The notes below the pieces were generated by a model. The model made no database searches. It was not told where the DNA came from and was given only the letters and a program-made list of their open reading frames with translations. This document shows, piece by piece, positions 1 to 12,692 of a DNA stretch of 64,000 bases. The stretch lies in the NCBI GenBank assembly GCA_964016885.1, contig CAXHJY010000961.1, positions 1 to 64,000 on the forward strand. Reading direction: 5' to 3'. The position numbers and the translations under genes are program-made. This DNA is from Eledone cirrhosa. Lineage: Eukaryota. Each line of letters starts with the position of its first letter. Positions within the stretch are counted from its first letter, which is position 1.

Positions 1-160
1 CATCAGAGGGAGTGTACCTCTAAATTACAGGGCAAGTCATGTCAGACACACTGTCATATTAAGGATACACATGCCTCTGGAATGTTCATAAATTTCACTA
101 GCAGGCTGCTCTCTTGATTGAAAAACTGGAAATTTCATTATCAAAACTGACTGAGATCCA
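1..160 (+). mobile_element. Degenerate 3' part of a SINE, same family as 31887-32222
   Basis: Shared blocks by eye (tgtacct.taa.t.ca, aaggat.cacac/at, aatttcac..gcaggctg, aactgga, gagatcca) with 32030-32220 and 60470-60600. Confidence 0.5.
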
Positions 161-299
161 TTCCAATTGTTCTTGTTGATTTCACTCTTTTATATCTGCC
201 AAGCCCCACCCTAAGGTTTTCATATTGCTTCCGCCTGCTACCCTAAACATCTTTGGCCATGGTGGCAAATAAAACAAATATTATAGTTGTTCTTGTTAT

Positions 300-487
300 T
301 GAATGCTGAGCAGCATAGTGTTACGTCCCTTTTTGTTCTGAGTTCAAATCCTGCCAAAGCTAGCATTGCCTTTCATCATGACAAGGTCGATAAAATAAAG
401 TACCTGTAATGTACTGAGGTCAATGTAATCACCATCCCCTCCCCTAAACTTGTTGGTCTTGTGCCTCAATAAAAAACCATTATTATT
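300..487 (+). mobile_element. Degenerate tRNA-derived SINE with Meta-like central domain
   Basis: B box gagttcaaatcc at ~340, then ttgcctttcatc...ggtcgataaaataaagtacc, matching the copy at 2146-2539. Confidence 0.7.
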
Positions 488-594
488 GCTATAAAGTACC
501 AGTAATTGCCACTGGGGTATTTGCAGGCCTTGTGCCAAATTGACCAACTTAGTGTCAATTTGATCGGATTCTCGTCTCTTATAGCTTATATGCT

Positions 595-2065
595 CTTGAT
601 ATTGTTGCTGCTATTGATGTTGTTGTTGTTAATATTGATGTTGTTATTAATGTTGTTGTTGTTAATGTTGTTGTTGTTAATGTTGTTGTTGTTAATATTG
701 ATTTTGTTGCTATGGTCGATGATGATGATGTTGTTGATGTTAATATTGATGTTGTTCATGATGTTGTTGTTGTTCATGCTGTTGATTTTGTTGCTATGGT
801 CGATGATGATCATGTTGTTGTTGATGTTAATATTGATGTCGAAGATGTTTGTGTTCTTGATGATGATGATGTTCATGCAGTCCATGTTGTTGCTATGGTT
901 TTTGTTAATGTCTATGTAGTTCATGGTGTTGTAGATGATGATGCTGGTGTTGATGATGATGATGATGCTGGTGTTGATGATGATGATGATGCTGGTGTTG
1001 ATGATGATGCTGGTGTTGATGTTGATGTTGATGCTGGTGTTGATGTTGATGATGATGCTGGTGTTGATGTTGATGATGATGCTGGTGTTGATGATGATGA
1101 TGATGCTGGTGTTGATGTTGATGATGATGCTGGTGTTGATGTTGATGATGATGCTGGTGTTGATGATGATGCTGGTGTTGATGTTGATGATGATGCTGGT
1201 GTTGATGTTGATGTTGATGCTGGTGTTGATGTTGATGATGATGCTGGTGTTGATGTTGATGATGATGCTGGTGTTGATGATGATGCTGGTGTTGATGTTG
1301 ATGATGATGCTGGTGTTGATGATGATGCTGGTGTTGATGTTGATGATGATGCTGGTGTTGATGTTGATGATGATGCTGGTGTTGATGTTGATGATGATGC
1401 TGGTGTTGATGATGATGTTGATGCTGGTGTTGATGTTGATGATGATGCTGGTGTTGATGTTGATGATGATGCTGGTGTTGATGATGATGCTGGTGTTGAT
1501 GTTGATGATGATGCTGGTGTTGATGTTGATGATGATGCTGGTGTTGATGTTGATGTTGATGCCGGTGTTGATGTTGATGATGATGCTGGTGTTGATGTTG
1601 ATGATGATGCTGGTGTTGATGTTGATGTTGATGCTGGTGTTGATGTTGATGATGATGTTGATGTTGATGATGATGCTGGTGTTGATGTTGATGATGATGC
1701 TGGTGTTGATGATGATGCTGGTGTTGATGTTGATGTTGATGCCGGTGTTGATGTTGATGATGATGCTGGTGTTGATGTTGATGTTGATGCTGGTGTTGAT
1801 GATGATGCTGGTGTTGATGTTGATGATGATGCTGGTGTTGATGTTGGTGTTGATGTTGATGATGATGCTGGTGTTGATGTTGATGTTGATGCTGGTGTTG
1901 ATGATGATGCTGGTGTTGATGTTGATGATGATGCTGGTGTTGATGTTGGTGTTGATGTTGATGATGATGCTGGTGTTGATGTTGATGTTGATGATGATGC
2001 TGGTGTTGTAGTTACTGTCATTGTGGTTGTTGCAGCTGATGATGCTATTGATGATGATGATGATG
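595..2065. repeat. Trinucleotide-derived minisatellite (GAT/GTT/GCT/GGT; units such as gctggtgttgatgttgatgatgat)
   Basis: Directly visible; explains ORFs 506..919, 712..2172, 921..2021 and 935..2011. Confidence 0.97.
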
Positions 2066-2145
2066 AGAAGAATGTTGTGGGTGTATTTCCCTTGGCACTA
2101 GAAAGACCACCATGTCAGGAGCAAAGGGTTATCTCAATATTATTT

Positions 2146-2539
2146 AGGGCGGTGGATTGGCAGTATCGGTAGAGGGTCGGACACCAGGGCGGTGGATTGG
2201 CAGTATCGGTAGAGGGTCGGACACCAGGGCGGTGGATTGGCAGTATCGGTAGAGGGTCGGACACCAGGGCGGTGGATTGGCAGTATCGGTAGAGGGTCGG
2301 ACACCAGGGCGGTGGATTGGCAGTATCGGTAGAGGGTCGGACACCTGGGTGGTGGATTGGCAGTATCGGTAGAGGGTCGGACGCCATGCTTTGACGCATA
2401 GAGTTACGGCCCTTGCCATTCTGAGTTCAAATCCCGCCGAGGTTAACTTTGCCTTTCATCCTTACGGGGTCGATAAAATAAAGTACCAGTAATGTACTGG
2501 TTAATTGCTGGCTTGTGCCAAAAGTAGAAACAATTATTT
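2146..2539 (+). mobile_element. tRNA-derived SINE (Meta-like domain) whose 40-bp 5' head is repeated six times
   Basis: A box tggcagtatcgg in each 40-bp unit (units at 2151, 2191, 2231, 2271, 2311, 2351); one B box gagttcaaatccc at ~2423; central actttgcctttcatccttacggggtcgataaaataaagtacc; candidate TSD attatttag at 2139-2147 and 2533-2541. Confidence 0.88.
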
Positions 2540-2649
2540 AGCATGGTTAGGATGGTGATCTTCCTAACACTTTACATAGTGTACTGGGTGTATTTTGTCA
2601 TTGCACCAACAATAGAAATGTTATTTATGATGTCATGAACAATAGGTAT

Positions 2650-2830
2650 ATGGGGAGGATGACAATGCCATGTTTTACAATGCCATGTGGGTAGGTGGGG
2701 TGTGACAATGCCATGTGGGGAGGATGACAGTGCGATGTGGGGGGGGACAATGTCGTGGGGGAGATGACAATGCCATGTGGGGAGTATGACAATGCCATCT
2801 GGGGAGGAGGACAATGCCATGTGGGGTGGG
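2650..2830. repeat. Imperfect ~20-27 bp G-rich tandem repeat (gaggatgacaatgccatgtggg)
   Basis: About 8 recurrences of gacaatgccatg. Confidence 0.85.
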
Positions 2831-3106
2831 ATTAAAAGAGTAATATGTGGAAGAGATGAGGTGACAAAAGTATGTCATGTGAGTATGACAACTGTAGAGG
2901 AATTTGAGAGAGGCATGAGACTGTGGGTAGGGGTGATCACAAATAGGGTACTGTGATGAGGGAACCACTACCTAAAAGTCTGTTTAAAAGATGAGAGGTT
3001 GATTTTCTGTGTGTGTGTATACATACATATGTATATGTGTGTTGTGTGTGTGTGTGATGCGTGCTAGCAGGGAGAAAGGATGTTTAAATTGATGATAATG
3101 ATTCTG

Positions 3107-3137
<31 letters not shown>

Positions 3138-3152
3138 TGTATGTATGTATAC

Positions 3153-3750
3153 ATGTATTCCAGTACAACCTGTCCCATGGTCGGGTCGTTGGCGACTAAA
3201 CTGGCAACCCCACTAAGGTTTCTTGGTGAGGAGGGTGACTTTGGACATCCTGCAGGACTAAAAACAAAACCTGTCAAAGGGCAAAGGAGCTCTTAAGAGT
3301 CAATGGCCATCCAAAATCACCGGGAGAGATGACCCCTTAGCCTTTGTCAAGGCAGAATTCTAGGAGAAGGAAAACTCTGATATAACACCTGCAACTCTGA
3401 TGGTATCCAATGATGTTGACTTGTTCTTCTTTTTGGTAAATATCATCTTGGTTAAGAGAGTGGGACTGGCTTTGTGCAGTGCCTTTGCTCACTATAAAAG
3501 CTTCACGGCACAGGCATTGCTTTATATCTGGAGATCTCTCTGCACTTGTCGTCACATGGTACCATGAGCATAGCACTATGTGTCAATAATTGTAACAAGT
3601 GTAGTGTTTGTACCAGAGTTTTCAAGTCGCTGGCTGGACTAAAGTCACATTCGTTCAGCGCATCGGTAGGAGTTCTCCTACATGGATATAAAGTAGTGGC
3701 CGTACTCGAAAACGAGTTGGCAGCCACCATGTATGTATGTATGTATGTAT
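3153..3750 (+). mobile_element. Non-autonomous bipartite RTE derivative (RTE-type 5' UTR plus 3' end), copy 1
   Basis: Near-identical to 7902-8505; has aggagaaggaaaactctga, a C2H2 remnant CSVCTRVFKSLAGLKSH, and a 3' end tggccgtactcgaaaacgagttggcagccacc+(ATGT)n similar to the RTE end at 9441-9500. Confidence 0.8.
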
Positions 3751-6700
3751 GTTCTTCTGGCTTTATAATTTCACAAAGTTTTACCAATAGAGAGAGAGTC
3801 GGTTTCTAACATAGACACAAGACTCTCTCATTGGAATTTACACAACATCAACTAGGTAGATATGTATGTATGTCTGCATGCATGCATGTGTAGATATGGA
3901 TGTTATTGTATGTGGATGTGGATGTTTTGAATTATATGTGTGCATGTGTATATGCTTTGTATCTGTACATGTGTATATGCAGTTATTAGATGCAAAATTT
4001 TTGGAATGTTTTACATATTTTTACTGTTCCATTAATTGATTGTACTTGTAATTTTCTAACTAGTTGTGTTCTTTCTGTTCCTGTGAAGCCTAGCTTCTCA
4101 AGATTTGTATTGATGCAGTTACTAACATATCCCAGTGCCCCAATAATCACAGGCATAAATCTGAAGGTGTAATCAGGGTGGAGTATCTGCAGATTTCTCA
4201 TCAGTTCTGCATAAATATTCTCCTTTTCACTAATCTTTGATATTATATTGGCATCTGCTGGGCAGCTAATTTCCACTACTGTGCATGTTTTCTTCTCCCT
4301 GTCCCATATCATAATATCTGGTCTGTTATGCCTGCATTTTATTGGGGTTCTTACTGGAACATTCCCACCAGTACTCTTTCATATTATGTACATGGATGTC
4401 TTCCACATTGTTGTAGCTTTTAATGTGTTTATTATCGGGGCTATCTTTTTTACGAACTGCATTGTACAGTGTTTTGGCCACTACATCATGCCTCATAGGT
4501 AGATAGTACCGCGATGACATCTTTGGGCAGCTGCTGATGACATGGGTGATATCCTCGATGTTAGTTCTGCAGAGTCTGCACTTGTTATCACATCTAGGTG
4601 TTTTGCCTGCATCCCTATCTCTTTTGTGAATCAGATATTTCGTGCTAATCTCCTGTTCTTGGATTGCAAAAGCGTATCCTTCAAAGTGGGAGCCAATATA
4701 GTGGTTGTTGGTCCAAGATAGACTACTTTCCTTATCTATATTACTCTCACTCTGGAGCTTCCTGGCAACATATCCATGCATGATTTTTTGCTGATAGGCA
4801 TGCAGTTTTTCATCCATGGATTCACTGCGATACTGCTGAGCGACATCCCTGGGTGTGAGTTTTTGATTATCACACAGGGAATATCTCTCAAGGAGTTCCT
4901 TCCCAACTCTCATGATCTTATCTGTTTCATGCAGATAGACTTGCTCGAGAAGCGGGGTCCTACGCTTCGAGGTTCATAGATGTTGTCGGAGAGATATGAT
5001 GCGACATTCAAATGTTGTCTGGACTGATGTTAGGCCTCTGCCTCCCTGCCTACGTTTCAAGTAAAGGCGGTCTATGTCACTGTTGATGTGGAAGTTTCCG
5101 GTGTTGTTCAGTATTTTTCGAGTTCCAACATCAACTGCTCGGATTTCGTCTATCATCCAATTGAGTATTCCAAACGTTGGTGTTAGGACAGGCACAGCAA
5201 ACACATTGTGAGCCACTGTTTTGTTTTGCACAGAGAGTTCCGATGACCAGATCTTTCTTAATCGGTTGTAGTATTCCCTAGTTACGTGTTCTTTATTACA
5301 GATACCATTATAGGATATGTTCTCATCTATCCCCAGGTATCTGTAGCAGTCCTCATCAGATATCGGTGAAACAGTTAGACCATTGATGACAATGTTGCTA
5401 GATTGGGTTGTTGTTTTTCCCCGCTTTACAGTCATGTATGAGCATTTATCTTGGCCAAACTCCATTCCTATATCCTTTGAGAACGTTGTAACCAGGTCAA
5501 GATTTTTCTTCATCCCATCCATGTTCTTGGCATAGAGTTTCAGATCGTCCACAAAGAAGTTATGGGTTAGGTTCGTATTTCTGTCCTCCTGTGAGCCAAT
5601 GATGTATCCCTCACATTTCTTGAGCAGAAAGGACAAGGGGTTTAATGACAAGATGAACAATATCACAGAGAGACTGTCCCCCTGAAATATACCTCTGCAA
5701 TATTTTATTTTATCAGTGAAAATAGAGTCCTCCCTCTCTGTCTTTAACCTTAGGATAGTAGCCCAAGAAGAAGACAGCCTCTCTATGGCTCTGACAATAA
5801 TGTCTGGGACTTTAGCAAGTTGGAGGGCCTCTATCATCCAAGAGTGGGGAACAGAATCGAAAGCTTTCTTGTAGTCCAGCCAGACTGTAGTCATATTCCT
5901 CCCAAGTTGTCGCACCTCCGACATCGCAGTTTTGTTGATTAGGAGTTGTTCAGCACATCCCCAAACCCTTTTCTTTCCAGCTGCTTGTTCATCTGTGATG
6001 ATGTTGTTATTTTCACAGTGATCTTGGAGGAATAGGTTGAGGCAGGCTGTATACATCTTATACATTAGGTTCTGGCATGCAATGGGTCGGTAGTTTTTTG
6101 CCAAGTGGGTGTCTTTGTTCAGTAACGTTTGTGCTAATGTCAACCATTCTGGTATAAGTGTATCTCCCTTAAGAATTTGTTGGTAGAGGTCAGTAAGATA
6201 CCTCCGATAGAATATTAGTTTTTTGTACCAGTAGCCGACAATCATGTCTCTTCCTGGTGTTTTCTTATCTTGGAGTTTTCCTATCACAGTCTCAAGGGTA
6301 CCCTCACTTATTTCGTATGTTTTTGTTGTATTGTAGGAGCAATAGTTCTTTCGGATTTCTCTTAGCCACACCGCATCTTGGTTGAAATTCTTCTTTTCAC
6401 CCCATATTTTAATCCAAAAGGAATCTTATGTCTTTCTGGGATGGGGCCTCAGTGACACTTATTATTTTGTTCTTCATATCTCTATAGACTGATGTTTGGT
6501 TTCGTCTGAATCTTTTATTAAGCATTTTTCTCTCATCTACCTTCTTCAGGTATCAACCTTTCTCGCTCTCAATTCTTGTTTGAGGGTGATCAGCTTATAT
6601 TGGAGAGTTCTGGTTCTACTGTTACCAAACATCGTCTCTATTTTATTTTTCACTCTTTGTTGGTGAGGAGTGAGGTTTTTTTGTGTTTGTTTGCATGTAA

Positions 6701-7857
6701 GGAGCATTGTCACATGTCCTATGGTTTTTCGTAGGTCAGCACTCTTTTTTTCTATTTTAGTTATATATGATGGTATTTTTGGTGGTGTTTTGTTCTTGTT
6801 AATATCTCTGCAATCACCAAGATAATGCTTCACTGTCATTGCTAAGGCATATAAACAGGCGTTGATTTGCCAAAATGTTGGGGTTTTTATCCGTCGTAAA
6901 TATTCATCCCCTATTTCGTCAATAACACGTAGTATTTCATTATTTGTTTTTTTTATTCACCATTGTCGTTTTAACACGTTCAGCCAGAGAGATATTTATA
7001 CATGAGTTAATTTCTCTCTGGAAGATTTCGTTGAGGGACATTTTCAATTGTTTATACTTTTGATTATCATTATCGATAGTATTTTCCACAACAGTCGAGG
7101 TAGACTCAGATGGTATACGTGGTGTCACATTTATTCGATTATTATTATTATTTCTTCGATTATTATTATTATCGATAGTGTTTTCCCCAGCATTCGAGGT
7201 AGACTTAGATGGTACAGGCATAGTTGTTTCAAGGCGCTGTTCGACCTGGCTGCTAGGAAGTCTAGTAGCATGGCGATCTGTAGCACGTGTTGTTGATTCC
7301 ATGTTTGTTGTGGGGGACTTACAATTAATAATATTTATCTTATTTTTACGTTCAACAAACGTCGCTTGTTGGCGTAATTGTTTCGCTGTGAACTAATTTA
7401 GTTCTGGGTGCATTTCGTCCCAGTGTAGCTTCATTCTATTCATATAGCCAATGGGAGGATTGTTTTTTGCCATTTTATAACAATTAAATAAATCATTATT
7501 AAGTTCGCAACCCCAAGAGAAATGCGATTTATAATTTCGGTTTCTTCTGTAGCTACAACTGAATAAAGTTTGATTACCTTCTTTGTTATTTGTCTTCGAT
7601 ACTTCCTTAATTTTCTTGTTGATGTTGTGTTCAGCCATGCTGTTTGTAGCAAATCCTTGTAAAATGAATTATGTATTTAGTCGGATATCTCTACGAATTC
7701 GAATAAAAGGTGTCTTCAGAAGGGATAGTTAGAAAAATAACCAGTTATTCAACCTGGCTGTAGTTGTAGCATTACTGTCGGAGATGGTATTCATCTTAAA
7801 TTTAATAAATAGTCTCCCACGCCAAAATATGCGACTGATCGCGTTGACTGATGGAAT
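3751..7857 (-). mobile_element. Near full-length decayed non-LTR retrotransposon, R4/Dong clade (RT, CCHC, restriction-like endonuclease)
   Basis: ORF pieces 7393-7638, 6940-7302, 6546-6839, 4974-6371, 4326-4913, 3986-4312. RT motifs NYRPIAC, WLDYKKAFDSVPHSW, GIFQGDSLS, FFVDDLKLY; CRLC...HVISSC; RHD; RPDI...VEISCP. Several frameshifts or stops; (TATG)n on both sides. Confidence 0.9.
4974..6371 (-). pseudogene. Reverse transcriptase domain of the R4/Dong-like element
   Basis: 465-aa ORF with the non-LTR RT motif set and LYLKRRQGGRGL; frame broken on both sides. Confidence 0.92.
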
Positions 7858-7872
7858 GTGTATGTATGTATA

Positions 7873-8505
7873 TCAGGTCACCAGTTGGTGCTACTGGTAA
7901 CATGTATCCCAGTACAACCTGTCTCATGGTCGGGACGTTGGCGACTAAACTGGCAACCCCACCAAGGTTTCTTGGTGAGGAGGGTGACTTTGGACATCCT
8001 GCAGGACTAAAAACAAAACCTGTCAAAGGGCTAAGGAGCTCTTAAGAGTCAATGGCCGTCCAAAATCACCGGGAGAGATGACCCCTTAGCCTTTGTCAAG
8101 GCAGAATTCTAGGAGAAGGAAAACTCTGATATAACACCTGCAACCCTGATGGTATCCAATGATGTTGACTTGTTCTTCTTTTTGGTAAATATCATCTTGG
8201 TTAAGAGAGTGGGACTGGCTTTGTGCAGTGCCTTTGCTCACTATAAAAGCTTCACGGCACAGGCATTGCTTTATATCTGGAGATCTCTCTGCACTTGTCC
8301 TCACATGGTACCATGGGCCCAGCACTATGTGTCAATAATTGTCACAAGTGTAGTGTTTGTACCAGAGTTTTCAATACGCTGGCTGGACTAAAAAGTCACA
8401 CTCGTTCAGCGCATCGGTAGGCGTTCTCCTACATGGATATAAAGTGGTGGCCGTACTCGAAAACGAGTTGGCAGCCACCATGTATGCATGCATGCATGTA
8501 TGTAT
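7873..8505 (+). mobile_element. Non-autonomous bipartite RTE derivative, copy 2 (about 30 nt longer at the 5' end)
   Basis: Direct repeat of 3153-3750 with scattered substitutions; (ATGY)n tail. Confidence 0.8.
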
Positions 8506-9505
8506 GTTTCCATCAGATGTGTCTCAGACGGATCCATGGCGTTCACTGGAGGGACCACATCAGTGATGTCGAGATTTTGGAAAGGTCTATGTGTGACAGT
8601 ATAGAAGCTCTTGTGCTTAAGTAACGACTCCGTTGGAGTGGTCATCTTGCCAGGATGAAGGATTCTAGAATACTAAAACAACTCTTTTATGGAGAGTTAG
8701 TTAAAGGAAAACGACTGCCACATAAACCAAAAAAAAAGGTATAAGGATTCCTTGAAAGCCTCTTTGAAAGATGCTAACATCTCTGCTGATACATGGGAAA
8801 ATATTGCTGCTGATCGTAATAAATGGAGAAAGACTGTATATGAGGGAAAAGTTGCCTTTGAGGCATCTCGAATCGCATACGAGAAAGTAAAGCGGGATGT
8901 GAGGAAGGGCATTGCTGTTGCATTTCCAGACGGCGAGGGTCCTTCTATGGTGCTGACATGCAGCGTCTGTGCGAGACTCTGCCTAAGCAAAGCTGGACTC
9001 GAAAGTCATCTTCGCAGTCATAAAGTAAGACCAGTGGTTGACTACCAGGCTGCTGTTGGAGATGCTACTCATCATGCTTGCCAAGCATGTGGTAGAGAAT
9101 GTAAATCAGCAGGAGGGCTCAAGCGACATGCAAAAGTACACGAACTCCAACCACAGCCGGCTATTCCCAGTGAATGTTTTTGTTGCCGACTCTGTGCAAG
9201 ACAATTTAGATCATTGGCTGAGCTAAAAAGCCACATTCGATCGCAGCGCTGTTAATTGCTATCGTGTGTGTGTATAGATATGTTTATGTGTGTGCGTGTA
9301 TGTATATGTATATCATTATTGCTTTTGTTGTCGTTATTATTATTATTGTTATTAATGTATGTATATGTATATATGTATGTATGTGTGTGTATATATATAT
9401 ATATATATATAATATATATATATATTTTTTTTTCTTATGCAATGGCCATACTCGATAACGAGGGGGCAGCCATCATCATGTATGTATGTATGAATGTATG
9501 TATGT
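8506..9505 (+). mobile_element. 5'-truncated RTE-clade LINE: C-terminal region, three C2H2 zinc fingers and 3' UTR
   Basis: FHQMCLRRIHGVHWRDHISDVEIL...RLRWSGHLARM...KQLFYGEL...DRNKWR; fingers CSVC..HLRSH, CQAC..HAKVH, CRLC..HIRS; in-frame stop near 8622; end atggccatactcgataacgagggggcagccatc. Confidence 0.9.
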
Positions 9506-9514
9506 ATATATTTT

Positions 9515-9635
9515 TGACAGCTGGGTTGACTGCAGCAATGAGAAATATAAAGTGTCTTGCTCAAAGACATAACATTCCAACTGGGCTGGGAATCCAACTC
9601 TTGGCTTTAGAATTGTGAGTAGAACACTCTTATCA
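9515..9635 (-). mobile_element. CORE-type SINE head fragment
   Basis: aaatataaagtgtcttgctcaaag..cacaac is the reverse complement of the CORE-like block at 56058-56090. Confidence 0.65.
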
Positions 9636-9717
9636 CTAAACCATGAACCTTCCCTGTATGTACATATATGTGCATATGATGGTGATGATGTCTATATATG
9701 TCTATATATATGTGTGT

Positions 9718-12541
9718 AGATCGGGGGAACACACAAGCCAGGTAGATTATATCCTTACCAGGAGACGTGACAGAGTGATTGTTGTAAACACTAAATCCCT
9801 CCCCCATGAAGAATGCACGTCTCAACATAGACTCATAATTAGCGACCTCATAGTCAGGATGAGACGTATTCGACAACAGAAGATGACTATCCTCAGGAGA
9901 AAAACATGGAAATTAAAGGACCCCATAGCCAAAAATAAATTTAAAAGCATATTACTTGATGCTTTTGATAGTAAGGAAGAGCAATTAGAGTCGTACAATA
10001 TAGAGGAACAGTGGGAATTCCTGAAAGCTAACCTGCTGAAGGCGACAGATGAAACCTGTGGCTGGAGCAGGCCTATAGGCAGGAGGAGAGTAACTTGGTG
10101 GTGGAACAGTAAGGTGGAGAGGTCAATCAAGGCCAAAAAGCAGGCTTGGAAAGCATGGCGGGATGGGGGAAGCAGAGAAGACTATCAAGTGGCCAGGAGG
10201 GAAGCTAGGAGACAAGTGTACTTCGCAAGAAGGGAAGCAGAGGAAAGAAAGTTCAAGCATGTTCTACAACGCGATGACCAAAAACGTGAGGTGTTCAGGA
10301 TTGCTAGGCAATGTGTCAAGGAAAACATTGATATTGTCGGGGAGAAGTGTGTCCTAAATGATGATGGTGTACTTGCCATCACTGACGCTGATAAGAAGGT
10401 AGCTTGGAAGTGTCACTACGAAAGGCTACTAAATGAGGAGAATAATTGGGAGAAAGACAGTCTCCCCCACATCGACCCAATAGAGGGACCAGCAGTGCAA
10501 GTTGAAGGTAGTATAATAAGTAAGGCGATCAAAGACATGAAGACGGGCAAGGCGGCCGGGCCTTCGGAAATAGTTGCTGAAATGCTGAAAGCATCTGGAA
10601 CGGTGGGCACACTATGGTCACCCGGATAGTAAATCAAGTCATACAGAATGGGGTCGTTCCGAAGGACTGGCGCAGCATCATCATCATTAACTGCTACAAG
10701 GGTAAAGGTGATGCCCTAGATAGGGGAAATTATAGAGACATTAAATTAATTGACCAGGTCATGAAGGTCACAGAAAAAGTAATAGCGCAACTAATCAGAG
10801 AGCGAATTGATCTAGACGAAATGCAGTTCGGGTTTGTGTCAGGTAAAAGTACAACAGACGCTCTTTTCATTGTACGACAACTACAGGAGAAGTACCTAGC
10901 TAAAAGTAAACCCCTATACTTAGCTTTTGTTAACTTGGAGAAAGCCTTTGACAGAGTACCCCGCTCGATTATCTGGTGGGCCCTTAGAAAACTAGGTGTT
11001 GATGAATGGCTTGTGAGAGCTATACAAGCCATGTATAAAGAAACAGTCAGCAAGGTTAGAATTAACAACGAATATAGTGAAGAGTTTAGCGTAAAAGTTG
11101 GTGTTCATCAGGGCTCCGTCCTTAGCTCCCTACTATTTATTATTGCCCTTCAGGCAATAACAGAGGAGTTCAAGACCGGCTGCCCATGGGAACTCCTATA
11201 TGCAGATGATCTAACGCTCATATCTGAATCAATGGCTGAACTAGAGAAGAAATTCCAAACATGGAAGCATGGCCTAGAATCAAAAGGCCTTAAAGTTAAC
11301 TTGTCTAAGACTAAAGTTCTAGTTTGTAGGAAGGAAAATAGGGCACCGGTCCCATCTGGGAAATGGCCATGCTCAGTGTGTAGGAAAGGAGTAGGTAGAA
11401 ACTCCATTTTATGTCCCAAATGCAAAGTATGGGTACATAAAAGATGTAGTGGGATCACAGGTAAACTATCTAAGAATATAGACTTTATATGTGGCCGGTG
11501 CTCTGGTGCAATAAGTAGCAGCAAGTGCCCACAGAATACTAACTCGTTCCATTGCACAGATGGTTCTATAGAAATAGTGGACAGCTTCCGTTACCTGGGT
11601 GATAAAATCAGCAGTGGGGGAGGGTGCTCTGAAAGTACAGTAGCTAGAGTCAGAACGGGATGGAAAAAGTTCAGAGAGCTTATACCACTATTGGCCGCTA
11701 AAGGGTTCTCTCTAAAAATGAAAGGCAGGCTGTATGATGCCTGCATACGAACAGCAATGTTACATGGCAGTGAGACCTGGGCATTGTGTGCAGAGGATAT
11801 ACGCAGACTGGAGAGAAACGAAGCTTGCATGCTCCGCTGGATGTGTAATAATAACATACGTGAACGGCAAAGCATAAACGTACTAAGGGAGAAATTAGAA
11901 ATAAGAGGGATCAGATGTTGTTTACTCGAGAGAAGACTACGTTGGTATGGTCACGCGATGCGTATGAAAGACGACAGCTGTATAAAAAAGTGCAGGGCAA
12001 TAAAAATAGACGGTAGCCACGGAGTAGGCAGACCCAGAAAAACCTGGGACGACTTGATAAATTCCGACCTCACACACTTACACCTCTCCAAGACAATGTC
12101 ACTGGACCGAGAGCTTTGGCGCTACACAGTAATAGAGAAGACCCGCCTTACCTAAGTACAAAGTGAAACCTACTACAGTCAGTAGGTACCTCTAACAAAA
12201 TACACCCCCGTCCCACTACCCCCACCCCATCCACACCACCCCTTTCAATGTAAAGTTATGTTGGTGTCACAACATCCAGCCCGAAACAAATGAGGTCGTG
12301 TAGGTGTCACGACAAAAAAAACACAGTCCACGCTGTAATGTGGCCGTGTAGGTAACACGGTAAAAACCTCCCAGTTCCACACTGTAAATGTGGTTGGTGT
12401 TAGGAAGGGCATCCAGCCGTAGTAAACCCGCCAGACAGTCCTATGCGAGCAAGACAACCACTCTTGCCACAGGTGGGAAAACTCCCGTCCAAACACATGC
12501 AAGCGTGGAATATGGATGTTAAACGATGATGATGATGATGA
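9718..12541 (+). mobile_element. 5'-truncated RTE-clade LINE (end of APE, RT with PHD insert, 3' UTR, (GAT)n tail)
   Basis: SQVDYIL..SQHRLI; LEKAFDRVPR, GVHQGSVLS, LLYADDL, FRYLG, RLRWYGH, GRPRKTW; one frameshift near 10610; stop at 12155; ends gttaaacgatgatgat. Confidence 0.96.
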
Positions 12542-12592
12542 TATATATAATATAAACAAACGAAAAATCAGTGATGCATCTAGACTCAGTTT

Positions 12593-12692
12593 ATTGCGTG
12601 TTACAATTGTTTCGCCGGCAGATATCGTGATACATGATCATTGTGTGGATCTGCCTGATTCTACGGCTGCAGGTTCCTCGGACACATGCAAT
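12593..12692 (-). ncRNA. Hammerhead-like motif (CCGAGGA core variant, irregular long stem II)
   Basis: Minus strand: attgc-at-gtgt CCGAGGA ... GAA ACAATTGT A acac-gcaat. Perfect stem III palindrome and 4+5 bp stem I, but stem II does not close directly on the core. Confidence 0.55.

Noticed and set aside
712-2172. 486-aa Asp/Val-rich ORF resembling an acidic biomineralisation protein
   Set aside because: Open in several frames on both strands because of the trinucleotide repeat; no signal peptide or unique domain, and it ends inside a SINE.
2146-2383. CRISPR-like 40-bp repeats
   Set aside because: No spacers; the unit is a SINE head and the DNA is eukaryotic.
3153-8505. LTR retrotransposon (direct repeats flanking an RT)
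   Set aside because: The RT is non-LTR type and on the opposite strand; the repeats have their own tails, with no TG..CA ends, PBS or PPT.
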